Virus record (IMG/VR): IMGVR_UViG_3300034980_000576
Coordinates: 1 to 64,000 of that record
From: a virus
Length of the DNA: 64,000 bases
Strand: one strand, 5' to 3'
A program made the translations under genes and the position numbers. The notes below the pieces were generated by a model. It had not been told where the DNA came from and searched no databases. It was given only the letters and a program-made list of their open reading frames with translations. Positions within the stretch are counted from its first letter, which is position 1. Each line of letters starts with the position of its first letter. This document shows positions 45,509-57,800 of the stretch, piece after piece.

Positions 45509-47305
45509 ATGGCAGACGAACAGAAAAAAATATTACCAATTGACTATACTAGTCGAGATTTCGAATCAATTAGAAGTGACTTATTGGAGATTGCCGAAAG
45601 GTTATACCCAGACTCTTTCCAAGATTTTAGTGAAGCTTCCTTTGGTTCTCTGATGGTTGATGCCGTTTCTTACATCGGCGATCAGCTATCCTTTTATTTG
45701 GACTACAACGTTAATGAGTCGTTTCTGGATACAGCATATCAATTTAACAATATACTCCGGCATGGCAGAGTGTTGGGTTATAAATATACCGGACGCCCCA
45801 GCACATATGGTAAGGCAGCGCTTTATGTTCTAATTCCCGCCTCGCAAACTGGCTTGGGCCCGGATTCTAAATATTTGCCGATTCTCCGTCGCGGCGCTCA
45901 ATTCACAAGCGAGACAGGGCTTAATTTTTCATTGGTAGAAAATGTAGATTTTTCAAATCCAAAATTTCCCGTGGTTGTCGCCAGGGTAGACGACACTACG
46001 GGCGCCCCCACCTTCTATGCAGTAAAAGCATATGGCACTGTTGTGTCCGGTATAATGACAACAGAAAGAGTGCCTGCTGGGAGCTATGAAAAATTTAAAA
46101 CGATTACCTTAACTACACCGAATGTTTCGGAAATTATATCGGTTTTTGACACCGAAGGCAATGAATATTTTGAGGTAGATTATCTTGCGCAAGATATGGT
46201 ATTTAAAGAAGTAGCAAACAAGAGCTTTAAGCAGGACAATGTTCCTTCAATTCTAAAGCCATTCCTTGTCTCTAGAAAGTTTATGGTGATAAAAAACTCA
46301 TCCAGCACGATGCTTCAATTTGGCAGTGGAAAACACGGTGCTAGCGATGTTGTGGCGAATCCACAAACCGTAGCTATGGATAGTTGGGGAAAAACATACA
46401 CGACAGCGCTTACGTTTGATCCCACGAGATTATCCAACAACCAAAGCTTGGGTATAGTACCTCAAAATACTACCCTAATAGTTACGCTGAGATCAACGAA
46501 CCCCACGAACTCCAACATCGCCACGGGCGAACTGACAGGAGTGGCATCCTCAACGTTAGAGTTTGAAGATAGAACTCAATTATCTGCTGATGTGATTAAC
46601 TCAATCCAAACCAGTCTAGAAGTTTCAAATGAAGAGCCAATCACCGGCGACGTTACAAATCCAAATTCAGCAGAAGTAAAGCAAAGAATTTTTGACACGT
46701 TTCCAACTCAGAATCGCGCCGTTACGCAGGCTGACTATGAAAATATTACATACAGAATGCCGGCAAAATTTGGTTCGGTTAAACGAGTGTCCGCTCAGAG
46801 AGATCCAGATTCACAAAAAAGAAATTTAAATTTATATGTCTTATCAGAAGATAGTTTTGGAAAATTAATAAAAACCAACTCAACTATTAAGAATAATTTA
46901 AAAAAATGGCTGAATGAATATAGAATGATTAATGACACGATTGACATTTTAGATCCGTATATTATTAATCTGGGAATTAACTTTTCCATAAAAACTATTA
47001 ACGGCGCCGACAAGTTCGCAACCTTAAATCGATGTGTGACAAAATTAGCTAATTTTTATGAAAGTGGCTTTTTCATCGGAGAATCCATGACAATTAGTGA
47101 TATATACCAACAACTCAAGAATGTTGCGGGAGTGTTAGATGTGGTAAATGTTACAATTATAGGCAGAACCGGCGCCAACTATTCAGGATCAAACATAGAA
47201 ATAAATAAAAGCCTCTCGCCGGATGGAGATCAACTCTTGTGCCCAAAAAATGCAATTTTTGAGATTAAGTACCCAACCGCAGACATAAAAGGTAAGGTTA
47301 AATAA
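45509..47305 (+). CDS. baseplate wedge protein, T4 gp6 / baseplate J-like
   Basis: 'YTSRDFESI', 'NESFLDTA', 'LGYK', 'QNRAVTQADY'. Confidence 0.9.
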   Translation: MADEQKKILPIDYTSRDFESIRSDLLEIAERLYPDSFQDFSEASFGSLMVDAVSYIGDQLSFYLDYNVNESFLDTAYQFNNILRHGRVLGYKYTGRPSTYGKAALYVLIPASQTGLGPDSKYLPILRRGAQFTSETGLNFSLVENVDFSNPKFPVVVARVDDTTGAPTFYAVKAYGTVVSGIMTTERVPAGSYEKFKTITLTTPNVSEIISVFDTEGNEYFEVDYLAQDMVFKEVANKSFKQDNVPSILKPFLVSRKFMVIKNSSSTMLQFGSGKHGASDVVANPQTVAMDSWGKTYTTALTFDPTRLSNNQSLGIVPQNTTLIVTLRSTNPTNSNIATGELTGVASSTLEFEDRTQLSADVINSIQTSLEVSNEEPITGDVTNPNSAEVKQRIFDTFPTQNRAVTQADYENITYRMPAKFGSVKRVSAQRDPDSQKRNLNLYVLSEDSFGKLIKTNSTIKNNLKKWLNEYRMINDTIDILDPYIINLGINFSIKTINGADKFATLNRCVTKLANFYESGFFIGESMTISDIYQQLKNVAGVLDVVNVTIIGRTGANYSGSNIEINKSLSPDGDQLLCPKNAIFEIKYPTADIKGKVK

Positions 47306-48849
47306 TGTCTATCAAAAGATATAGAGCAGACATGGACAATACGATTGTTAATGCTTATCAATCGAACTTATCTACACGCGGCACTGGCTCAAATTCAGGA
47401 CAAGCAGATGTGGTAGAAGTGTACTCTGTTTTCGGAAGACAGCAAGCTAGCAGTTCTGCTGCAACCGGCTCACAAGAACTATCCAGAATTCTAATGAGGT
47501 TTCCGATTAGTGACATTTCGGCAGATCGAACAGCGAACAGCATCCCAGCTAACGGCAAAGTCAGCTTCTATCTTCGACTGTTTGATGCAAAGACATCAAA
47601 GACGGTTCCTAAAAACTATAAGCTTGTAGTTCAAGCAGTTTCCAGATCTTGGGAAGAAGGCGACGGCTTAGATTTAGAAAACTATACTGATTTAACTAAA
47701 AATGGTTCTGGTTCAAATTGGATCCGAGCTAGCAAAGCCTCGGCATGGTCGAGTGTTGGTGGAGATTATCACGCGTCTCCAACATATGTTCAGTATTTCA
47801 CGGGCGGCTTGGGAAACTTAGATGTTGATATCACGGCTCTTGTCGAGCAATGGATTGCCGGCTCGAAGAGTAATTATGGTGTTGGTGTACGCTTAACAGC
47901 CAGCAATGAAGCTTATTTTTCAAGTTCTGCCGGCGTAGATTCTGGAAGCGTTATTCAAAACCCCAATGGAGCCAAGACGTCTTACTACACAAAGCGCTTT
48001 TTCGCCAGAGGTTCGCAATACTTCTTTAAACGCCCGGTGATTGAAGCAAGGTGGGATTCCACCACGCAGGACGATCGTGCAGCATTTTACTTTAGCAGTT
48101 CGCTAGCAACGAAGTCAGAAAACTTAAACACACTTTATTTGTACAACTATGCCAGAGGAAAGCTCAGAAACATCCCGGCGGTAGGTACGGGGCATATCTA
48201 CGTTAGTCTCTATTCGGGCTCTTCTGACAACACCGCACCAAGCGGTTCCAAGCTCGTTTTATATGATGCCGAAACCGCAATGACTGGAGGCCATCATGAT
48301 ACGGGAATTTACACGTGCTCTATCGCTCTTACGAAATCAACTTCTGTTACTTTAGAAACCCTTTACGATGTGTGGCACGATAATTCGGGAACAGAGTTCT
48401 TCACCGGCTCAATTAAGCCTTATACTCTCCGCGGCTCAACACACGCGAGAGAACCAACATACTACCTCTCGATAACAAATTTACAGAATTCATATATGAG
48501 AGATCAGAACGCTCGCTTTAATTTATATGTTCGAGAGAAGAATTGGAGCCCCACCATCTACACCAAAGCGATCGCCAGCGCCCCAACGGAAACCATCTAC
48601 AGTGCATCTTATAGAGTTATTAGGACAATAGATGGACTTGAGGCGGTTCCTTTCTACACGGGCTCAAGTAATAAACATGCTACAGGATTATCATATGATG
48701 TCTCGGGTAATTATTTTGATTTAGATATGAGCTTGTTAGAGCCGGGATATGAATATGCATTTAAATTTGCATTTTATGACGATGAGCTTGGTTCGTGGCA
48801 AGAGCAAAATGAACAATTTAAATTCCGAGTAGACGATTATGAGCATTAA
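47305..48849 (+). CDS. virion structural protein (DNRLRE-like beta domain), [S/T]GS-rich
   Basis: 'SRILMRF', 'WEEGDG', 'DVDITALVEQWI..NYG'; in the baseplate module. Confidence 0.65.
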   Translation: MSIKRYRADMDNTIVNAYQSNLSTRGTGSNSGQADVVEVYSVFGRQQASSSAATGSQELSRILMRFPISDISADRTANSIPANGKVSFYLRLFDAKTSKTVPKNYKLVVQAVSRSWEEGDGLDLENYTDLTKNGSGSNWIRASKASAWSSVGGDYHASPTYVQYFTGGLGNLDVDITALVEQWIAGSKSNYGVGVRLTASNEAYFSSSAGVDSGSVIQNPNGAKTSYYTKRFFARGSQYFFKRPVIEARWDSTTQDDRAAFYFSSSLATKSENLNTLYLYNYARGKLRNIPAVGTGHIYVSLYSGSSDNTAPSGSKLVLYDAETAMTGGHHDTGIYTCSIALTKSTSVTLETLYDVWHDNSGTEFFTGSIKPYTLRGSTHAREPTYYLSITNLQNSYMRDQNARFNLYVREKNWSPTIYTKAIASAPTETIYSASYRVIRTIDGLEAVPFYTGSSNKHATGLSYDVSGNYFDLDMSLLEPGYEYAFKFAFYDDELGSWQEQNEQFKFRVDDYEH

Positions 48850-51800
48850 AAAACTATTTGAAGACGCAAATAAGACAGACACTTTCGTAGCAGACACCAG
48901 CCAGAAAGATGCATTCGAGCCTGTAGAATCGCAAAGGAATGTTGAACAGAAGTTACGCTCTCAAGCGCGCTATGTACCACAAGTAGACTACTCTGATCCT
49001 ACAAATTTTGTTAAGTATGGATCTGCGCGCTTATACTATGAGTCTGCATTCAATAGAATTCTAGATTATTATCCTTATGACGGCTCTCAGGCTGAAATAA
49101 CAAAATTTCACAATAACAATCTAGACATCGAAGAATATATCTTAGACAAGAGATATCCCAAATCTACTGGATACATTACTCTCGCAAAAGATGGTTATTC
49201 AGTTAGCTCCATAGTTGATGGCTATGGCGTTCCAACTACTAATGAGTATATTGACTTAAAGGGCGGTCCAGGAACGGGCTCAGCGCCCTCCCTGCTACTG
49301 CAAAAGTTATTACCAAATCCCTACAACGACAGCTATAAATCATCTAATCTTTATAGTTCAAACATCTACACTGATGCCGGCCTTCCTTCAGATTATGGAA
49401 AAGGCTCTCGACAGTCAAACCTACGCGCCAACTTTGATGATGGTGTTACTGTAGAATTTTGGATGAAGACGGGTTCGATGGTTCCCGGCGCTATTACGGA
49501 TCGTCAAGTAATTTTTGATTCGTGGAACAATAATGCCGTTTCATCAGCAGATTATGGAAGGCTCATGATAGAGCTTACAGGCACCGTAAACGACTTTGGT
49601 GGAGACAAAAATCCCTTTGTTATAACTGTCCAATCCGGGGCAAACCCCCCACGATCGGTGGGATCAATGAAACTTCTTGGTGCTGACTCCCTACACGAGA
49701 CGATGGGAGACTGGAATCACTACGCCATTCGTTTATATAATACAGGCTCCTCGGGGAAAATACTCAAAACAGAACTGTATGTTAATGGTTTCCGATCGGA
49801 TTCTTCATCTTGGGCGCCCTATTCTTTAAAAACTAAGTTGGAAGTACAGCGAACCCTTGGATCAGCCCACTCATACCACATTGCCGACGGACAATATCGA
49901 TATACATCCTCCGGAAGCCTTCAAGGCTGGTGGCGTTTTGATAAATCCACGATTACAACCACTTCTCCAGAGCCAGATGCCAGTGGAAACAACCATACTG
50001 GTTCGATATCTGCCACAGCACATGCGCCAGCCACCTCCACCTCCACCCCTAGTGCATATGTCCAAACTACAGGCTCCAACGTTTGGGGCGGAGATGCTAC
50101 CGATGCAGTCAGAATAGGCACCGCCGCCACATGGGATGCCATAATTGGAAACAACACTGGATCTGCAACTCCCAGGATGCCCCGCACAACCGAGATGATG
50201 ACGTTCGCAGCATGGGTTTATAAAACCGGCGATGGTGGTGGAAGCCCGGGCAAAGGCAGAATATTTGATTTTGGCAATCAGGATATAGCACTGTATTCGA
50301 ATACCTCCGAAGCGTTGCTCTTTAATACAAAGTGGAATGGAAACAATATAGTCCAATGGACTTCAGCAACTGGTGTATTTTCTTTGAATACGTGGACTCA
50401 TATAGCTATAACATATGACGCGAGAAGCGCAGAGAACAGACCGAAGCTATATATAAACGGCACCCTGACGGCGATGCCTTTAAGTACCGGAACTCAAACC
50501 GGCGCCTACTATGGTATCGCCGGCCAAGAGTGCGTTATAGGAAACAACGCCGCCGGCAATCGCAACTGGGCAGGAAATCTTGCAGATTTTGCAATCTGGA
50601 ATTCTATATTAGACGCAGAGGAGATCCAGACTCTTTATTATGCCGGACAATACACGCAAGCGTTTGACGGCATAACAGAACTAAATTCTAAAAACATGAT
50701 TGCTAGAATTGGCGCCCTTGTCACCTCTCCCGTTAGTTCTTCGGCGCCAGCAGGCGCCGGAAGATTAAGCGGCTCGTTGGATGAATTTAGATATTGGAAG
50801 GCAGCACGCACACCTAAACAAATTGGAGAGTACTGGTTTGATCAGGTAAGGGGCGGCGCAAATTCTGACATAGCGAACGCAGATTTAGGAGTTTACTATA
50901 AATTTAATGAAGGAATCACAACCAACACAGCAATCGACAGCATTGTGTTAGACTATGCCGGCAGAGCAGTTAACGGCGTATGGACAGGGTACAGTACAAC
51001 CTCACGAAACACAGGCTCTGCGATCGTATCTGCTTCTGCCGCAGCCTTCGAGTTCGAAGATCCCATTATAAGAAGCACTCACCCATCGGTGGTAAGTCTT
51101 AAGAGCGAGTTAATAACATCGGGAACGTCATACGATTATAACAATAATGCATCGCTAATGTCCTTGATGCCCGGATGGATTCAGGACGAAGCAGCAGACT
51201 CCGACAATTCAGATCTATATTATATCAACCACATTGCTGGCACCTATTTTGACAAAATACATCTACAGATTTCTCAACTGCCCGCTCTTCGACATATAAA
51301 TTATGTAAGCTCTTCTCACAAGCCCTTACCTTTTTCTAAACACCTGCCGCAATCCTTGGGACTATATGCTCCAGAAATGTTTATCGAATCAGATGTGCTA
51401 GAAACATTTGCTGATCGAGACTCTACTACCTTATTTGAGAATAAACTCGATGAGACAAAGAATTTAATTTATCAAAATCTTTATAATAACCTTGCTCATA
51501 TCTTTAAGAGCAAGGGCACAGAACGAGCAATGCGAAGCGTTTTAAGATGCTTCAATGTTGACAACGGGTTGTATAACGTTAGTATTAATTCCAACAACGA
51601 AGAATATGTGCTAAGAAATAACTTAAAGCACTCGCTGCTCAGAAAGAATTTTCTTAACTTTGCTAACCTGGAGAATACCACAGGTGTAGTATATCAACGT
51701 AAAACCGGCTCGAGCACCGCCGAGCAAGGATCAATTAGAGGACACAGTATTTATGTCCACCCAGATTGGATGCAGGCTAAGTACGGATTTACTTGTGAGT

Positions 51801-54800
51801 CTAATATCATATTTCCAGCTTATGTTTCAGATTATACTACATTTGTACGAGATTCAAATTTCAACCGTGTGCACTTGTTTGGATTAGAACAAGTTGAAAA
51901 CCGCAATGCAGCCAGCATAACCGGCTCTGATACCACATATACACCAGGCAGAGAAGCCTCATTTAGAGTATATGCTGTACGGGAAAGTATAGGATCAAGG
52001 AATGTATATTTCCACTTGACATCCTCTCGAACTGACGGATTGGGAATAAGTCTTACAAGCAGCGTCTTTTTAAATGTTTATGATAATGAGCCGTGGAATC
52101 TTTCTATAAGAGTTGAGCCTCAAAATTTACTCCAAGCAGGCGTTATCAACCGCGGCACATCGACACCTCTGTATAATGTTATATTTGCCGGCTTTAATCC
52201 AAAAACAGCTAATGAAATAGACTCCTTCAAAGTAAGCGCCTCGGTGTCTGACACAGTAGGGCAGCAATTTATTACGGGATCTCGACGTCTTCTCGTAGGT
52301 GCCGATCGCACTAACATAACTGGGGATCTCAACTATCGAAGTGATGTACAGGTTGCCTCGCTAACATATTGGACAAAGGCACTTCACGACGATGATTTAA
52401 AAACGCACGCAGTTGATTTTGAAAATATAGGAATATCCGGATCTCTGCAGACGATATCCCCATTCGAGAGCGGTTCTGTCGATAGCATCAACAGGTATGC
52501 CCTAGCTCTTAATTGGAATTTTGAGAATGTCACCGGCTCCGGCGCCGGCGGCGATTTTATCGCACAAGACTATTCATCTGGATCTGCTGCCTTAATTAAT
52601 GGTGACTTCGGTTGGAATGGTAAATTGGCAGGATATCGATATCCAGGATTTGCAATGCATTTCCCCACATCATCAACAGGTGTAACTACCAAGAAAGAGA
52701 TTAATACATATAAATTTATCAACCCAGAACAAGTCGTCGCGTCAGACTTGGTTCAGACGTTTTCGGATGAAGATATTCTCTACCCTAACTTAAGAAAAGA
52801 AGAAATTGTTCCCAATTATGTCTTTTCAATTGAAAAGAGCATCTACAATGCGGTCACAGAACAAATGTTGGACTTCTTTGCCGGCGCAATTGACTTCCAT
52901 AGTTTAATCGGAGATCCTGTCCACACTTATAGAGGTCGCTACAAGGAACTGGAAAAACTGAGAGGAATATTTTTTGAGCGCGTCAAGAGCGTTTCTAATG
53001 TAGAAAAGTTCCTTTCGTATTATAAATGGTTCGATGAATCTATCACCACGATACTGTCACAATTAGTCCCGGCATCTTCTGAGTTCGTTGACAACTTGTT
53101 GAATGTTGTTGAAAGTCATGTTTTGGAAAGAAACAAATATCAAAATCGAGTAAACATTATTGATTCTAATACTTTTTGGCTTGAAACTGATATGACGAGC
53201 GCCCCCACCACCGCAGGGATTACAGTCGGTGGCGGCGCCGGCGCACTTGTTTCTCCGCCGGCATCTCCTCGCCCCACAAATAAAGGTGTACAGTACTGGC
53301 AAACCCGCGCCGAAAGAGATATAGCCGAGATTTCATCCGGCGATGCAACCATCGATGCACAGAGAGACACTTTCCGTAATGTTATATGGTCGCGTCCACA
53401 CGTATCCGGCGCGCTCCCTAGGTTGTTTACTGATGCCGGCACAGCATATCTTCCCGGATCCTTCGCGCGCAATAATAGTAGCATGCTGCCCAATATTAGA
53501 GCGCAGATTGACAATACTAATAATCAAATATACAAATGGGAAAGGCCATCTATTACGCAAAATGAAATAAAAGGCGGCACAAACTTTAACAAGGGTAAGA
53601 GTTTAGAATATGCATATTCAGCCGTTTATCCCGGAGGCCCCGTAAACACAGATGATGGTGTTTTTGTTCCCCAAAATGTCCTGATAGGATTTGTAGGAGA
53701 GGCAATTGAGTTAACGAATTACGAGAACATTTCTTGGCCAGAAGATTTGGTTCGAACCAGACAGAAGACATTCAAAGTTCAACACGGTCGCGAGTGGGAA
53801 GATGGAATAGGATATAAAAATACTAAATCAGAATTTGCATTTCCGTTTAACGTGCTAAGCAGCAGCGTTGAGGTACGCTCCGGTTATAATAAAGAAGTTG
53901 TTGATCAGGTGGGAAGAAACATAGAGATAACAAACCTACACAACGACGCATATGGAGATCTGCTTGAGGTACCAATGCAGGGCCCATTTACAGAAGAATT
54001 AGTCGGCGGTCATCAGTCGCGACATGTACCGCTTAATACTGGTACTGATACCCCCTACAATCGTCCTGAAGCATGGCGCCTACTGCTCGGTACGTGCAAT
54101 ATACTGCCATCGGGTGCGATCGGACTCGTCGGCCCTGACTATCCTCCCGTAGATTTTAATCCATCTCCCGGAACAAATCCCGATCTTGTTTACCCCTATC
54201 CCAACTACGAGAAAGCATATCTGTATCGCGACTTCGTGGCAAAAAGCCCCGTTAACATCAAAAATATTAAGGCAGTAAACTCAACTAATACAAATACCGT
54301 GATGGGCAATTATATACGAAAATATGAAATTGTGTATTCCTTTGGTGCTTATAATAACCCTCGCGCATTTGTTGAAACTCAGCCAACGTTGCCATCGCAG
54401 CTATCACTAGTGAACTATACAACAAATGTCCGGACAATTTTAGATATACATCGCGGAGAACAGGATCACTTTGAATTCGTCGGAGATTATAGCACTTCAT
54501 ATCTCACAGGGGCAACTAATAAGTCAATTATTACAACAAGATTCTCTGCCCCCGGCGGTATAGAAGCGGAAACAAGAGGTTACCAAGACTTTAAGGCAGC
54601 TGAATATTCTCCATACAATGTACTCACGTACCGCAACCTGTCAGTCAAAAAGCCTTCACAGGGTCCATCTGGTACCCTTTCTGAGCCCCCCGGAGGCACC
54701 CCATCTACATCAAGAGTATACGATATTCACGGGCTAGACTACGGGCTTAACTCCCACAGGGCACGTTATGCTGCTCGCTTTGGTAGGGATTCCTTACACG

Positions 54801-57800
54801 TAACATCTTCGGGTAATCTCCCCGGAGCATCGTATGATCAATTGCCGGCAATGTTCAAGACAAACCGCAACCCTAAAGAAAGCAACACTATAATATATTC
54901 CTTCACTCAGAGCAGCATACCCGACACGGGACTGATAAATGATAAAACAATAGATATCGATACCGGCGGAACTGGCATAATAGCTGTTATTCAAGACGCA
55001 ACCAAGCGCACCGAAAGAGTTTTTGATGCCACATATGCACTGAGCAATGAAAATTCAGTAATGTTCACTTATGGCTGCTGGATAAAGCCCGACGCCGGCG
55101 GAATGAAACTTTTTGAGTTAGGATTCGCGGGCACCAGCGCGAAGCCAATTCACCAACTACAGAAGCAATCTGGCGGAGAATTAAGGTATACATTTGATAC
55201 GACGGATGGTGCTGGAAACTTTACATCCGGATATTATCAGACAAGTGGCACACCTATAACTGGCTCACTGTGGAAGCAGGCTATGATAACAGTCAGCGGC
55301 GCCCACGGCGTGTTGCCCTCAACTGGACCCACTGTTAAATTTTATGTAAACGGCGTAGAGTACGCCAGTACTTATTCCGGCGCCACCGGCCGGGCATATT
55401 TCCCAACTAGCTCACAAAATGTATCTAATTTTAGAGGATATGGAGCCGCGCTTACAAAGCCTGTAGCGTTTTTTGGTAGAATCGATTCCATAAGTGGATA
55501 TGAGTACACCGGTCAAGCAGATGAAATGTCGCTGCATAATACGGTGCTTTCAGCAGCAGACGTCGACGTTCTCTACAATAGCGGATATCCGCAAAATCTT
55601 ACACAATCGGCAATAGCCGGCAGTTCTAGTCTCTTGTCTTGGTGGCGAATGGGCGACTCGCCCAGTGATGACATGTCTGGAGAAGGTTTAAACGCCATAT
55701 CACCACTCAGTGCGTCAGGTGGAAATGTGATAATAGATGTAAAAAACAGTGCGAATATTCATTTTACTGCTCAGTCAGGAAATCTTTTGAAAGCAGAAAC
55801 AGGCTCAGCGTCTTCGCTCCCGGGACAGCCGCCGTCTACCTATTCAGAAGAATACATCAGTGGTTATGGAAGCAAAAAAGAATATGACAACTACAATATT
55901 CAACATCAAATTCCGAGATCAGATAGACAATATATGTGGATATCTAATTCCGTTGTCGATGTATCAAACATCAGATATGCCGGCTATCAATATACGAATG
56001 CCGGCATCAACAATCCGGACAATTTCCAACGGGAGCCATATAGAACTTCTTCGGCAGGCTTAACGCCATACTGGGATTTTGTCAGCAGTTCGAATGCGAG
56101 TACGGGAAGCTTCTATCAGCCCACAAATAGGTTGAATATCGTAATTAATGATCCTGTAGACTTTACTAACAATACGATAGGTACGACAACAATTGAAGAT
56201 TATATGAATTATGATTTAATCGACAGTAGCTCCACCGCCGGCACACGATTGCCAAACTATCTCAACCAACTCCTTGCATCCCGCGGCAGCAATTATGGTT
56301 GGGGATGGAACAGAACGCGACAAGCAGATAATAGAATCATCTTGAACCAGAAGGCAACCAACACGCTTAGGATGGTTACAGATAGGGCTCGTATGCTGTC
56401 GGCTAGTTATAGATTGCCCCCCCTTTCTATGAAAGGCAGAACAGCGTTGGTGAATTATGATCAGAAAAGTGCCCTTGGGAGAGATGTTAATATATCTTTG
56501 AGAATTTCCAATACTAACAACAACATCTTTTTTCCAGAGCTTGATTTGAATAATTACGCAGCAATCAATTACAATGCAGTCTATAATCCCTTGCAAAAAG
56601 TGCTCTCTGTTGTTCGCAAAGGCTCTACAGGAACCCCGCTTAATTGGGTATTATATTCTCAAAATATCTTCCCATCTATTAGAAACGAATTTGTTAGCTC
56701 CTCATCTAAGAGGCTTAATTTTGATAATGGATACTGGCGCGCTAGCAATGCGGAAAGGATAACCCTCGGAAATACAGAAGAGAATTCTTTCGGCGTGAAC
56801 CTCAGTCAAAGTAGTTGGGTGTTGGACGTGGCAGAAAACTTTTTGACGAGATCGGCGGTGGTGACTGCCTCAACTGGCGACAATCGCTTCTATAACCTCC
56901 GCCAAACTAAAGCAGGAGAACTACAAAACACTTACTATAAATATTTCACAGTCCCCCCAAACTTCACCCGGATAAGTGCAGTCTACGCCAGAACGCACGA
57001 ATTGGATACAATGGCTTCGGTTGTCTCCCCGCAAGGCCCAGTGGTGCCACAGACAGGTTCCGGAGGAAAGTCAGGCTCCGCCGGATCCGGACACTTTCAA
57101 AGAGGCTCAGCATCGTTTGAAACAGCAGCGCTCTTAAATCAGCCATTTGGAGGCGAAGCGGTGTGGGAGGCAGGCTCCCAAGCCGGCACAGTCACGAAAA
57201 CCGCAGCAGGGCTAACATTTACGTCAGCACCTTCAGAACCTTGGTTCGGAACTTACGACTTATTCAATGAGAATATAAAGCTTAAAGCAAAGGGTTTTTC
57301 GGTTGTCCCGGAATATAGAATGAGCGAACATGTTTCGAATTACTACAAGTATGGATACATGAATAAGACAGTTTCTGATATGTTTGAAATACCAGGAACC
57401 ATTTTCGATAGTTCAACGGGATCTTTCTATAAGGATTTCTCAAATACTGACTTCCTTGAGGGATTCTTAGGAGTAAAAGCACAAACGCTGCTAAGTGCAT
57501 CAGAGATTAGAATCTCGTGCACCGGCGCAATAAAATACAACCCGTACGAAGGATTTTACCCAGCGCAAAGAACACAGCAGCTTGTTGCTCAATTTAGTTC
57601 TTCTTTCATGAACTATTTCGGCGTTAAAGAATACGGCGCTGCGCCATGGTTTCCATCGAGTGTTGGATCCAGCTACTTTAACAGTAAAGTTGCGGGCATT
57701 ATGAAAAATCTTACCGATTGCGTCTTTTCGCCCGGCATTCTATACAACTCTATTAAGTCTGGAATCGCTGTCGATTATCCAGTTATTCACGATGCATCTA

